Assembly (NCBI GenBank): GCA_013287605.1
Contig: JABDDM010000004.1
Location: 233-64,232, forward strand
Origin: Ignavibacteria bacterium
GTDB taxonomy: Bacteria; Bacteroidota; Ignavibacteria; Palsa-1295
DNA length: 64,000 nucleotides
Reading direction: 5' to 3'
Part shown: one piece after another, positions 1 through 9,077 of the stretch
Layout: each line of letters begins with the position of its first letter
Numbering within the stretch: position 1 is the stretch's first letter
The notes under the pieces: model-generated
Told to the model about the DNA's origin: nothing
Database searches by the model: none
What the model saw: the letters and a program-made list of their open reading frames with translations, nothing else
Position numbers and translations under genes: made by a program

Positions 1-400
1 TATTGTTTTCCATCTTCATTGCCTCAAGAACCAGGAGGGTGGTATCTTTCTCGATCATGTCCCCAATGGCAACTTTGATCGATCGAACCAACCCTGGCAT
101 CGGAGCTTTGACGATGACAGGGCCAGTCAGCCCAGCACTTTTGCCATTTCCAAGCGTGGATGAGAATCGCTCACGAATTAGGGCCTCACGCGAGGAGAGT
201 ACCGTGATCGAGACATTATCGAGTTTGTTGCCATCACTTAGTGTGCCCTGACCGCTTACATAGATCTCCTGGACATGATGGCCCGCTCGGACTAGATAAG
301 CGCCACCCCCAAGGGCGATGACTTCCGCAATCGCGACCTCGTCAGGCATGTCGATCTCCGTTGGTTCTTCGGAAAGAAGAACCTGTAGCTTTTGCGCCAT
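1..400 (-). CDS. biotin/lipoyl-attachment domain protein (biotin carboxyl carrier-like); 3' end runs off the window
   Basis: Absent from the ORF track because no stop lies in the window. Reverse translation from ATG (398-400) gives MAQKLQVLLSEEP...VKAPMPGLVRSIKVAIGDMIEKDTTLLVLEAMKMENN. EAMKME is the classical biotinyl-lysine motif. The start overlaps the upstream stop (TGATG). Confidence 0.75.
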   Translation of the reverse strand, partial: MAQKLQVLLSEEPTEIDMPDEVAIAEVIALGGGAYLVRAGHHVQEIYVSGQGTLSDGNKLDNVSITVLSSREALIRERFSSTLGNGKSAGLTGPVIVKAPMPGLVRSIKVAIGDMIEKDTTLLVLEAMKMENN

Positions 401-1692
401 CAGAAGAAAATGTGCGTTTGCAGCAGCATTGTCATTTGCGAGTGATCCTCTCTGAGCGTTACTACACCTGTTGGCACAGAAAGTTTTGCAAAGCGAATTT
501 CCGGTCTGAACTCGACGAACCGAATTGGAAACCACTGTAAGCCGCCCGTAATGCGATCCTTCACTTCTGTCCCAATATTTCCAGTGCCGTCTTCATCTTT
601 GTATGTTTCAAAACGCACCAGAGCTGTAAGCCCTTCCGTAATGTCGCCAGTAGCTTCAATCGCGAGCGCGCTTACCTTTGGCAGAGTCTGCAGAACCTGT
701 GTCGGAATATTCTTCCCAAAATCGGCCTCGGCAAGGATGGAGATTGGACCTACGCGCAACCCACCATGAACTGCGGCGACAGAGAGGTTCCGAGTTGAAT
801 CTGCTCCGGTTGAACTTACAAGAGAATGCGGATGCAAATAATAGGATCCTCCAACTTCAATTGACACCATATCAGGTACCAGCTCCGTGGCATATACACC
901 GCGAAATGCCATCGCCATACGGTTCGTCGTGTCTCCGTCAAACGTAGCACCCTGGCGATACTCAAGACCTTCGAAGTAGCCTGCGGTAATTTGGACATGG
1001 TCGAATAATGTAACCCCTAGCTCTGCACCGAGATCCTTGTAGCTCGGTTTCCAAAACAATCCATCCTGGCCAAACCGAGAGAGCGTCCCATCGCCACCTC
1101 GAGTGTACGCAGTGTGGTCATCAAAGCGCACACCGAAGTTTGGCATGAAGTCGCCGATCTTAAGGTAGGCATCAGTAAAGGCATCATTTGCGAGAAAGAT
1201 CTCTCCGCTATTATGGACAAAATGGACCTGGCCAAATGCCTCGTAGGCGCTAGGTGTGAAGAAATCGTATCTCGCGTAGAACGACGTACTCTGCGTTAAT
1301 TGGGCTGCAACGTAAACTGGAAGAGCCATAGCCTGCAGCGTCTTGAGCGTTCGTGTATTCGTTAGGAGGCCGCCGGTTGAATCAGGCGTCGACGTTTTGT
1401 CCTGGAAGAGGAGCGCCTGCGAACGATAGTCCAATCCGATTCGAATTCCTTCTGTTAACTGGCTCGTGAATTTACCAGCAGTCTTCCACATCGGCAGTTT
1501 GTTGATCTCAAAACTCTGCCCGCCAGCAGACCGGAGTCCCTGGCCAGTTGGATTGACATGGCACCCCATACAATTGACCTCGGCGTGCCTCAGGGCATAC
1601 CGAGGAAGCGCAGAGGATTCTTGCGAAAAGGCTACGAAAAACACAACTAAGATGAGAGAGAAAGAGACGTGATGGCGAATGGTGATTTTCAT
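400..1692 (-). CDS. outer-membrane beta-barrel with N-terminal single CXXCH heme c motif (Cyc2-like fused cytochrome-porin candidate)
   Basis: Signal peptide MKITIRHHVSFSLILVVFFVAFSQ. The only two Cys of the protein form CMGCH (aa 41-45, nt 1558-1572). The rest shows an alternating amphipathic strand pattern and ends in ...QTHIFF, an aromatic OMP terminus. Confidence 0.6.
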   Translation of the reverse strand: MKITIRHHVSFSLILVVFFVAFSQESSALPRYALRHAEVNCMGCHVNPTGQGLRSAGGQSFEINKLPMWKTAGKFTSQLTEGIRIGLDYRSQALLFQDKTSTPDSTGGLLTNTRTLKTLQAMALPVYVAAQLTQSTSFYARYDFFTPSAYEAFGQVHFVHNSGEIFLANDAFTDAYLKIGDFMPNFGVRFDDHTAYTRGGDGTLSRFGQDGLFWKPSYKDLGAELGVTLFDHVQITAGYFEGLEYRQGATFDGDTTNRMAMAFRGVYATELVPDMVSIEVGGSYYLHPHSLVSSTGADSTRNLSVAAVHGGLRVGPISILAEADFGKNIPTQVLQTLPKVSALAIEATGDITEGLTALVRFETYKDEDGTGNIGTEVKDRITGGLQWFPIRFVEFRPEIRFAKLSVPTGVVTLREDHSQMTMLLQTHIFF

Positions 1693-1765
1693 GCTTAAGA
1701 AAAAGTTTAAGCAAAAATAGTACGAACTTCAACCAATTGACACGAAAGCCTCGCCTCCTGATACC

Positions 1766-2716
1766 TTACAAGGAGGCTGGTTCAACTCTTAACAACCCAC
1801 GACAGACGGTAACATCGCGCTCGATCTGTTCGCGAAGCTCGATCAGCGAAGCAAAGGCTTGCTGGTTTCGAATAAGCTCAATGCATTCGACGGAGATCGT
1901 GGCGCCATATATATCCTCGGCAAAATCAAGCAAGAATACTTCTACTTGTCGCTCAAGATCTTTTCCAACAGTAGGACGATTACCGATACTCAGAGCGCCC
2001 GCGAACGATCTACCTCGAACGTTGACTCGACAACAATAGACACCATCACCAGGCAGAAGCTTCTCCTCGGCAACCTTCAAGTTGGCCGTTGGGTAACCGA
2101 GGGTTGTTCCAATGCGGTCGCCTAAGACGACAACACCGTTGAGCTCGTAGTGACGACCCAGGCAAGTGTTCGCTGTTACAAGGTCACCGTTGAAAAGCGC
2201 ATTACGAATTCGGGTCGAACTGATATTCATCCATTCCGAAAGGCAAGGGGCAACCTCATAGATAGGGACTTCGAATTTTTTGCCGAGCTCCTCCAGATGT
2301 GTTGTATCGCCCTCTCGGTTCTTACCGAAGGCATGGTTGAAGCCAACTACCATTGCCTTCGTATTGAGTTGTTTCAGCAGAATAGATTCGAAAAACTCGA
2401 CATAGGTCTTCTTCGAGAATTCAGGCGTGAACTTGATGACGACCACCTCATCGACGCCGGTTTTGGATAGAAGTTCAAGACGCTCATCGATCGTAGTCAA
2501 GAGCTGAACCGATGAATCATGTTTTCGAAGAACTTGCTGGGGATGCGGGTGAAAGGTTACAACCACCGAGCGTGCAATCCCAAGCTGCCTTTGATGCTCA
2601 AGCAACTCTTCGATGATCTTAATGTGGCCCAGATGCACCCCATCAAAGCTACCAAGCGTCGTGATCGAGCTCAAGCTCGAATCGATGTTGTCCAGTCCCC
2701 AAGTTACTTTCACCAC
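1766..2716 (-). CDS. ribF: bifunctional riboflavin kinase / FAD synthetase
   Basis: GSFDGVHLGH nucleotidyltransferase motif and a GYPTANL kinase-domain motif. 316 aa with a GTG start, located downstream of truB. Confidence 0.9.
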   Translation of the reverse strand: MVKVTWGLDNIDSSLSSITTLGSFDGVHLGHIKIIEELLEHQRQLGIARSVVVTFHPHPQQVLRKHDSSVQLLTTIDERLELLSKTGVDEVVVIKFTPEFSKKTYVEFFESILLKQLNTKAMVVGFNHAFGKNREGDTTHLEELGKKFEVPIYEVAPCLSEWMNISSTRIRNALFNGDLVTANTCLGRHYELNGVVVLGDRIGTTLGYPTANLKVAEEKLLPGDGVYCCRVNVRGRSFAGALSIGNRPTVGKDLERQVEVFLLDFAEDIYGATISVECIELIRNQQAFASLIELREQIERDVTVCRGLLRVEPASL

Positions 2717-3519
2717 GATGTCTCTGCAGCGTTTGTCTCCAACAGCGCAATGGCCTCGTCGTAGGTGAGCGCTTCATGATTATTGAATTCTCCGACAGAG
2801 GTGCGTTCGAGATCGGTCATAACAGCTCCGACGCCTAAGAGCTCGCCAATATCGTGTACCAGACTTCGAATATACGTGCCTTTGCCACAATGAACCGTCA
2901 GTGTCACGAAAGGAAGTTCTACGCTGACGATGGAGATAGAATGGAAAGTGACCGGACGCGATTCCATTGTCACCGCCTGCCCAGCGCGCGCTTTGTGATA
3001 GACTGCTTTGCCCTGCTGCTTTATCGCGCTGAAGATCGGAGGTACTTGTGATTCGCTTATCTCAAGCTTTTGAACTGTCTCTGCTATCGTTGTCCGATCA
3101 AGAGCAATCGGGTCGCCACTTATCTCGATCTTGGTCTCCAAATCGTGACTGGGAGATGTGACTCCCAACCGCATACGCACACAATAGACTTTGTCCATAT
3201 TGCTTAGCACTGAGATAGACTTCGTGCAGCGTCGAGTGGCGAGAATCAGAAGGCCTGTCGCGAGTGGATCGAGAGTCCCCGCATGGCCGACTTTGACCCG
3301 TTTGATTCCTGTAGCTCGAGTGATGCGTCTGCGAATTTGATTGACGACCGAAAATGAGGTGTAGCCATACGGCTTGTCGATAAGAAGAAACGCGCCTGCT
3401 GGGTCGATGAGAGCGGCCCTTGCACTGGAAGGATCGTCCAGCGCAACACTCCTCGAGACGATAACCGATGGAGCAGTTAGCAACGTTTCCTGTACTGGCA
3501 CCTCAAGAGGCATCAGCAT
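2710..3519 (-). CDS. truB: tRNA pseudouridine-55 synthase
   Basis: LIDKPYGYTS and KVGHAGTLDPLATGLL (catalytic Asp) motifs. The ORF opens at GTG 3534; the first ATG at 3519 is used here, so the start is uncertain. Confidence 0.9.
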   Translation of the reverse strand: MLMPLEVPVQETLLTAPSVIVSRSVALDDPSSARAALIDPAGAFLLIDKPYGYTSFSVVNQIRRRITRATGIKRVKVGHAGTLDPLATGLLILATRRCTKSISVLSNMDKVYCVRMRLGVTSPSHDLETKIEISGDPIALDRTTIAETVQKLEISESQVPPIFSAIKQQGKAVYHKARAGQAVTMESRPVTFHSISIVSVELPFVTLTVHCGKGTYIRSLVHDIGELLGVGAVMTDLERTSVGEFNNHEALTYDEAIALLETNAAETSW

Positions 3520-3868
3520 CGGGCCGTCGCTCACTCCTAATTTTCTTAAAGATCTCTTCGATCTTCTGCGCTTCCTCTTCGGTGTCGTCGATATACCAAA
3601 AAAGCTCAGGAGTGAACTTCAAACGAACTGCACGTCCGACAGCACCTCTCAGACGAGGTGCAACTTCCTGCAAATCGCTAAGCACATGCTGTGGGTTTGA
3701 CGTGCCGCCCATAATACTTACGTAAACCCTGCCACTTCGAAGATCAGGTGACATTCGCACCTGTGTGATCGTGATCAGCCCATCTGTCAGATCAGGATAA
3801 TCTAACAGAAGGGCTGCTGACAATGCCTTCTTGATCTCTCCGGCGACGCGCTCGGTACGAACAGACAT
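3503..3868 (-). CDS. rbfA: ribosome-binding factor A
   Basis: 121 aa with an RbfA-like sequence (RVAGEIKKALS...ITQVRMSPDLRSGRVYVS). It sits in the conserved position between infB and truB. Confidence 0.85.
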   Translation of the reverse strand: MSVRTERVAGEIKKALSAALLLDYPDLTDGLITITQVRMSPDLRSGRVYVSIMGGTSNPQHVLSDLQEVAPRLRGAVGRAVRLKFTPELFWYIDDTEEEAQKIEEIFKKIRSERRPDADAS

Positions 3869-3871
3869 AGG

Positions 3872-6667
3872 TTATACTCGCGCTGCTGCCACCTTCTCGA
3901 GTGTCCGCTTCACTTCGACGACCTTATAAGCCTCGATCATATCACCGACTTTAACGTCGTTGTAGTTTTCGAGGCCAATACCACATTCATAACCAGCGTC
4001 GACTTCACGAACATCGTCCTTAAAGCGACGGAGTGATGCAAGACCACCGGAGAATACTTCGATGCCATCGCGAAGTAATCTGACGCGATTGTTCCTGACG
4101 ATCTTGCCTTCAAGTACATAACAACCGGCAACTGTACCGATCTTCGGCACCTTGAAGACCTCGCGGACTTCCACTGTCGATGTGACTTCTTCCTTCTCTT
4201 CTGGCGAAAGCAAGCCTTCGAGCGCATCGCGCACATCGTTGATACAGTCGTAGATGACGCTGTACAAACGAATCTCGACATGCTCGATAGCAGAGAGCTT
4301 TCGCGCATCGAGATTTGGTCTTACATGGAATCCAAGAATGATTGCGTTTGATGCAGCCGCAAGACTGACATCATTCTCCGTGATCGCACCGACGGCGCGA
4401 TGCACGATTTCAACGACGACTTCCGGTGTCGAAAGTCTGAGCAGAGAATCCGCAAGTGCTTCGACCGAGCCATCCACATCACCCTTGAGGATGAGACGAA
4501 GATGCTCGACTCCACCCTGCTTAATCTGAGCGCTGATATCGTCCAGCGTAATAAACTTGACTTGTTTGAAGTCCTGCTCACGTTTGAGTTGCTGACGAAG
4601 CCCAGCGATCTCTTTCGCTTCGCTATCGCTTTCGACAGCAATGAATTGATCGCCCGCCTGTGGAATACCGTCAAAGCCGAGCAACTGCACCGGTGTTGAT
4701 GGCGGGGCGACTTCGACTCGATTGCCTCGCTCATCGAACATTGCACGAACCCTGCCGGCATAGATACCTGCAATGAAGGGATCACCCATCTTGAGGGTAC
4801 CCTTTTGAACAAGGACCGTAACTTGAATGCCCCGGCCTTTATCAACTTCAGCTTCAATGACGATCCCTCGAGCTTCACGATCAGGATTAGCCTTGAGATC
4901 GAGCAACTCTGCCTCGAGAAGAATTCGATCGAGCAACAGATCTACGTTCTTACCCGTCCTGGCCGAGAGTTCGACGGTGCCGTACTTGCCGCCCCATTCT
5001 TCTACAAGCACATTCTTATCCGCCAACTGCTGACGAATGCGATCGGGATTTGCCTCGGGCCTATCGGTCTTGTTGAAAGCAATGATGATCGGTACTGAAG
5101 CTGCTTGTGCATGCGAGATTGCTTCCCATGTCTGGGGCATGACGCTATCATCTGCTGCGATAACAAGCACCACAATATCTGTTGCTTGCGCACCACGGGC
5201 ACGCATTGCAGTAAAGGCTTCATGACCGGGCGTGTCAAGGAAGGTCACCTGACGACCGTCAGGAAGCGTCACTTCATATGCACCGATGTGCTGCGTAATT
5301 CCACCGGACTCTCCAGCAACCACGTTTGCTTTTCGGATATAATCGAGCAACGAAGTCTTTCCGTGATCTACGTGACCCATGATGGTAACAACAGGCGGAC
5401 GCGGCTTTAGCGTCTCAGGTTCATCCGGTTCATCGTCAAGAGCATCAGTGGTGAATTCATCCTGGAATTCTACTCGGTACCCGAATTCATCCGCGACCAA
5501 CTGGATCGTATCACGATCAAGTCGCTGATTGATCGACACCATTAGACCAAGAGCGATACACTTGGAAATAATCTCGCCGACTTCAACCTTCATCAGGTTG
5601 GCAAGTTCGTTCGCGGTAAGGAATTCAGTAGCACGGATGAGCATCTCCTCACGCGCTGTCTCCTCCTGGTGACGCAGTTCTTCTGTTTCCGCACGTTCGC
5701 GGCGCCGAGTTTTCCTGGCGCGTGCTCGCGTTGAAATTTGAGAGGTCTCGTCGATACCGGCAAGTGTTCGCTTGACTGCATCGGCAACGTCGCGGGCATC
5801 AACCGAAGAGCGATCTCTCCCGCGCTTCTTCTTCGCTCCACGCTCTTCTTCCTCGGCTCCTTCTTTTGCAGGACCCTCAGTCTTGTGCTTGGAGATCAGT
5901 CCCTGAACCTTGTTACCGAGCCTCTCGGATTTCGTCCGGAGCAACGGCATGTCTTCGCGCTGCCGCTGCGGCGCGCCTTCGGCAAGTTCGATTTTACCCT
6001 TGATCTTTAGACCAGGCAGCGTTACGCGAAGGTCCGTAGGATCACCTGTGGCAATCACGGTAGTCTTGCGTTTGCGACGGCGGCGTTTGACGCCATCCGG
6101 ACCAGTTGTGTCTTCATGCGTCTCGTTCGAAGACATATCTTCGATGGCATGGTCAACAACTTCAACAGGATGAACGAAGTCGATCGGGGCGAGGACCTCT
6201 TCGGCAATTTCAACTTCAGGCTCGGCTTCCGCAACTGGGACTACTTCTTCTTCATGTTGAACATGGGCACTGACTGGTTCGGCGACCTCTACGTGTTCTT
6301 CAGCATGGTGTGCTACCACGGGCTCAGCAACCGGTTCAGGCTGATGCGCGACAGGGGCAACTTCAGGTTGTTCTTCCTCGGGCTGAGGCGTTTCCTGTTT
6401 TGGTTCAGCGTCTTCTCGAGATTTGGACCGCTTCTCTTTGAATGCTGCAACCTTCTTTTGACGCTTCTCGGTAACGTCTTTCTCTTTGCTAAACTGCTTG
6501 TGAACAGTTTCGAGAGCTTCGTCCTCGACCTTCGACATGATTGTCTTGATCGACGTATAGCCCTTCTTATGGAGGAATTCGATCAGCGTATCGTGACTGA
6601 TGTTGAGTTCAGTCGCGAGTGTTCGAACGGTAATCTTCTTCGTTTTATCTATCGTCTCTTGTACCAT
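3872..6667 (-). CDS. infB: translation initiation factor IF-2
   Basis: GTPase motifs [20 protein letters not shown] and NKTD, with a long acidic/His-rich N-terminal region. The ORF opens at TTG 6673; the ATG at 6667 is the likely start. Confidence 0.95.
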   Translation of the reverse strand: MVQETIDKTKKITVRTLATELNISHDTLIEFLHKKGYTSIKTIMSKVEDEALETVHKQFSKEKDVTEKRQKKVAAFKEKRSKSREDAEPKQETPQPEEEQPEVAPVAHQPEPVAEPVVAHHAEEHVEVAEPVSAHVQHEEEVVPVAEAEPEVEIAEEVLAPIDFVHPVEVVDHAIEDMSSNETHEDTTGPDGVKRRRRKRKTTVIATGDPTDLRVTLPGLKIKGKIELAEGAPQRQREDMPLLRTKSERLGNKVQGLISKHKTEGPAKEGAEEEERGAKKKRGRDRSSVDARDVADAVKRTLAGIDETSQISTRARARKTRRRERAETEELRHQEETAREEMLIRATEFLTANELANLMKVEVGEIISKCIALGLMVSINQRLDRDTIQLVADEFGYRVEFQDEFTTDALDDEPDEPETLKPRPPVVTIMGHVDHGKTSLLDYIRKANVVAGESGGITQHIGAYEVTLPDGRQVTFLDTPGHEAFTAMRARGAQATDIVVLVIAADDSVMPQTWEAISHAQAASVPIIIAFNKTDRPEANPDRIRQQLADKNVLVEEWGGKYGTVELSARTGKNVDLLLDRILLEAELLDLKANPDREARGIVIEAEVDKGRGIQVTVLVQKGTLKMGDPFIAGIYAGRVRAMFDERGNRVEVAPPSTPVQLLGFDGIPQAGDQFIAVESDSEAKEIAGLRQQLKREQDFKQVKFITLDDISAQIKQGGVEHLRLILKGDVDGSVEALADSLLRLSTPEVVVEIVHRAVGAITENDVSLAAASNAIILGFHVRPNLDARKLSAIEHVEIRLYSVIYDCINDVRDALEGLLSPEEKEEVTSTVEVREVFKVPKIGTVAGCYVLEGKIVRNNRVRLLRDGIEVFSGGLASLRRFKDDVREVDAGYECGIGLENYNDVKVGDMIEAYKVVEVKRTLEKVAAARV

Positions 6668-6856
6668 GCTCAATGATTGTGACTCTTCACGACGAACTAC
6701 CTATGAACAATCAGGTAATCCACCTAAAGCAGTCTCGTGTAGCAGGCGAGGCGCGTATATGGTCGTTACATACGTGCCTCCTCCTTTCGCATTTCCGGCG
6801 TAAGCCGGCATATACCAGCGCGCGCGCGCTGGTCAACGGAAGTCCGCATCATCTGC

Positions 6857-8239
6857 TTATGATGCGACACCGTCTTGTGTACCCGCTTCGACGACTTCTT
6901 TGTCGTCAGTGCGTCCTTCGACAGTTCTGTTGACAGAACCATCGCTTTTCAACGTCGTAAGGTTGATTCCGGCTTGCTCGGCAACATTCTCGATCGCGGC
7001 ATCCGCTTGTGCGAATTCGCGTTCGAGGACTCCACGGATAACAGCAAGCTGTTCCGGCGTCATCCCCGGGATCCTCATGATGTCAACTTCTGACGTATTC
7101 AAAAACTCTTTTGCTGTATCAATACGGGCGCGAATAAGCTCGGTGTAAAGATCAAGACCGATCTCATCGCGGAATTCGATCAATTCAATATCCTCTTCGT
7201 CACGCGCCTCTTTTACAAGATTGATCTGGTAACCAGTCAAACGCGAAGCAAGGCGAACGTTCTGTCCCTGCTTGCCGATCGCGAGCGATACCTGATCATC
7301 CGAAACGAGGACGGTGGCTGTATGCGACTCCTCGTTAAGCTCGACCTGAAGCAGTTTAGCAGGAGAAAGTGCGCGCATCAGAAATTGAGCCGTATCCTCC
7401 GACCACGGGATTACATCAATATTCTCGTTAGCGAGTTCGCGGACGATACTATGAATGCGTACACCCTTCATGCCCACGCATGCGCCAACTGGATCGACAC
7501 GATCGTCCGTTGATTCGACGGCGACCTTGGCACGCTCGCCTGGTTCACGTGCAACACCCTTGATCAGGATAATACCATCGTAGATCTCGGGGATCTCGAT
7601 CTCCATCAGGCGCTCGAGGAAGCGAGGATCAGAACGCGAGAGCACCACGACAGGCGTGGAATTCGGCCCGCCGCGGCGGACTTCCTTCACGATCGCGCGG
7701 ATCGTATCGCCCTTGCGCCAGCGCTCACGGCCTATCTGCTCACTTTTTGGAAGCAACAGCTCGCGACGATTATGAAGAACGAAGAGATCGCCATGGCGGA
7801 TCTGATAAACTTCACCTACGAGAATATCGCCTACGAGAGCGTTATACTCATTGAAGAGATTATCCTTCTCGATCTCACGAATGCGCTGATTGAGATTCTG
7901 TTTCGCAGTTACAATCAGACGTCGTCCAAAATCTTTTCCAAGATTGACGATCTCAACATATTCATCGCCCGCTTCGAGATCTTCACCTGACTTCGCAGCG
8001 GCATCCTGCACGGAGATCTGCGTAGTCGGATCTTCGACCGTTTCTACGACCGACTTTTCGAGATAGACTTCGATGTCGCCTTTGTCCATATTCATGACGA
8101 GGTCAAACTTCGCCTCTTGTCCGTATTTCTTGCGGATCATCATGGCAAACGTCTCCTCGATCACTGACATGAGAATGTCGCGGTCGATACCCTTCTCGCG
8201 GACCATGTCCGCGAATGATTCTACAATAAGAGGATTCAT
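6857..8239 (-). CDS. nusA: transcription termination/antitermination factor NusA
   Basis: 460 aa with an N-terminal domain, S1 domain (GDILVGEVYQI) and KH domains (VGACVGMKGVRI, AIGKQGQNVRLAS). It lies between rimP and infB. Confidence 0.95.
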   Translation of the reverse strand: MNPLIVESFADMVREKGIDRDILMSVIEETFAMMIRKKYGQEAKFDLVMNMDKGDIEVYLEKSVVETVEDPTTQISVQDAAAKSGEDLEAGDEYVEIVNLGKDFGRRLIVTAKQNLNQRIREIEKDNLFNEYNALVGDILVGEVYQIRHGDLFVLHNRRELLLPKSEQIGRERWRKGDTIRAIVKEVRRGGPNSTPVVVLSRSDPRFLERLMEIEIPEIYDGIILIKGVAREPGERAKVAVESTDDRVDPVGACVGMKGVRIHSIVRELANENIDVIPWSEDTAQFLMRALSPAKLLQVELNEESHTATVLVSDDQVSLAIGKQGQNVRLASRLTGYQINLVKEARDEEDIELIEFRDEIGLDLYTELIRARIDTAKEFLNTSEVDIMRIPGMTPEQLAVIRGVLEREFAQADAAIENVAEQAGINLTTLKSDGSVNRTVEGRTDDKEVVEAGTQDGVAS

Positions 8240-8455
8240 GTACCTGTTGTCATTCCCGAATCAACTGCGTCCGATGCGCCCTGGCTGGTTCGGGTAATGA
8301 GTTGTGTCCCAGATTGGGAAAAATTAGCATAGCGGAAAGCTCTGATGCCTTTAGCCGGATGTTGGTCTGACTAGGTGTAGCTCCCACTTGGAAACGTTAC
8401 TCAACAGGCGTCGAATGCCTAAAATTTCTTTAGAATTGGCTAAATTAGGAGAAAA

Positions 8456-9043
8456 TCAAGAGGGATTCCCGGAAAAATCTGGCAATGCGACAAGTTTTTC
8501 GATCTCAGAGCGTGCGATCAAGACCAGTTCGACGCTATCGTCGTAGAGCTGCTCGTCAGGCTTTATGGGTATTGGAGCCACCAATTCGGTCTCCAAGGCC
8601 TTCATTAGGCCTTTTCGGGCCACTTTCCCAGTTTTTAAGGTTGGTTCTATGGCAATGTTTTCCTCGGTAAATTCGCGAAGGCGACCATGTACAGTATGGG
8701 TCTCGCCTGTGTCCCGATAGTGCACCTCGACAAGTCGATCGAGATTCTTCTCGAACTGCCAGGGCTCAACGATCGGCTCCTCCAGCCCAGGCGACATTAC
8801 ATCAAGACGGAAATTCTCGGAGATCTTTCCTTTGGATTCGATCGCGTCATTCAGCTCACGGCTGACAATCTCGCAGTCCTCGATTGATACAAGTCGTGCT
8901 CCATCGATGATAACTTCGATCACTGGGTTGTGCTGTGTGCCGCGCACACTGATGCGAAGCATGTGCAGACCCCGCTTCCTCGAGGCCTCTACGGCAAATG
9001 GTTCGAGGTGGCTGGAAATCTCGTGCCTGAAATCTTTTTCCAT
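8456..9043 (-). CDS. rimP: ribosome maturation factor RimP
   Basis: About 195 aa, upstream of nusA, with a RimP-like sequence (LEPFAVEASRKRGLHMLRISVRG...IEVIIDG...IEDCEIVSRELNDAIE). ATG at 9043; the alternative TTG is at 9049. Confidence 0.75.
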   Translation of the reverse strand: MEKDFRHEISSHLEPFAVEASRKRGLHMLRISVRGTQHNPVIEVIIDGARLVSIEDCEIVSRELNDAIESKGKISENFRLDVMSPGLEEPIVEPWQFEKNLDRLVEVHYRDTGETHTVHGRLREFTEENIAIEPTLKTGKVARKGLMKALETELVAPIPIKPDEQLYDDSVELVLIARSEIEKLVALPDFSGNPS

Positions 9044-9077
9044 GGTCAAGGTAAAGAAGAGTGGTCCAAATTTCGTT

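Noticed and set aside
3-251. Plus-strand 82-aa ORF at the window start.
   Set aside because: The minus strand here encodes a clear biotinyl-domain protein (EAMKME motif), so the plus ORF is its antisense shadow.
5800-6500. Acidic, His/Pro/Val/Glu-rich low-complexity stretch in the IF-2 N-terminal region ([28 protein letters not shown]...).
   Set aside because: IF-2 N-terminal regions are typically variable and low-complexity, so this is not evidence of anything unusual.
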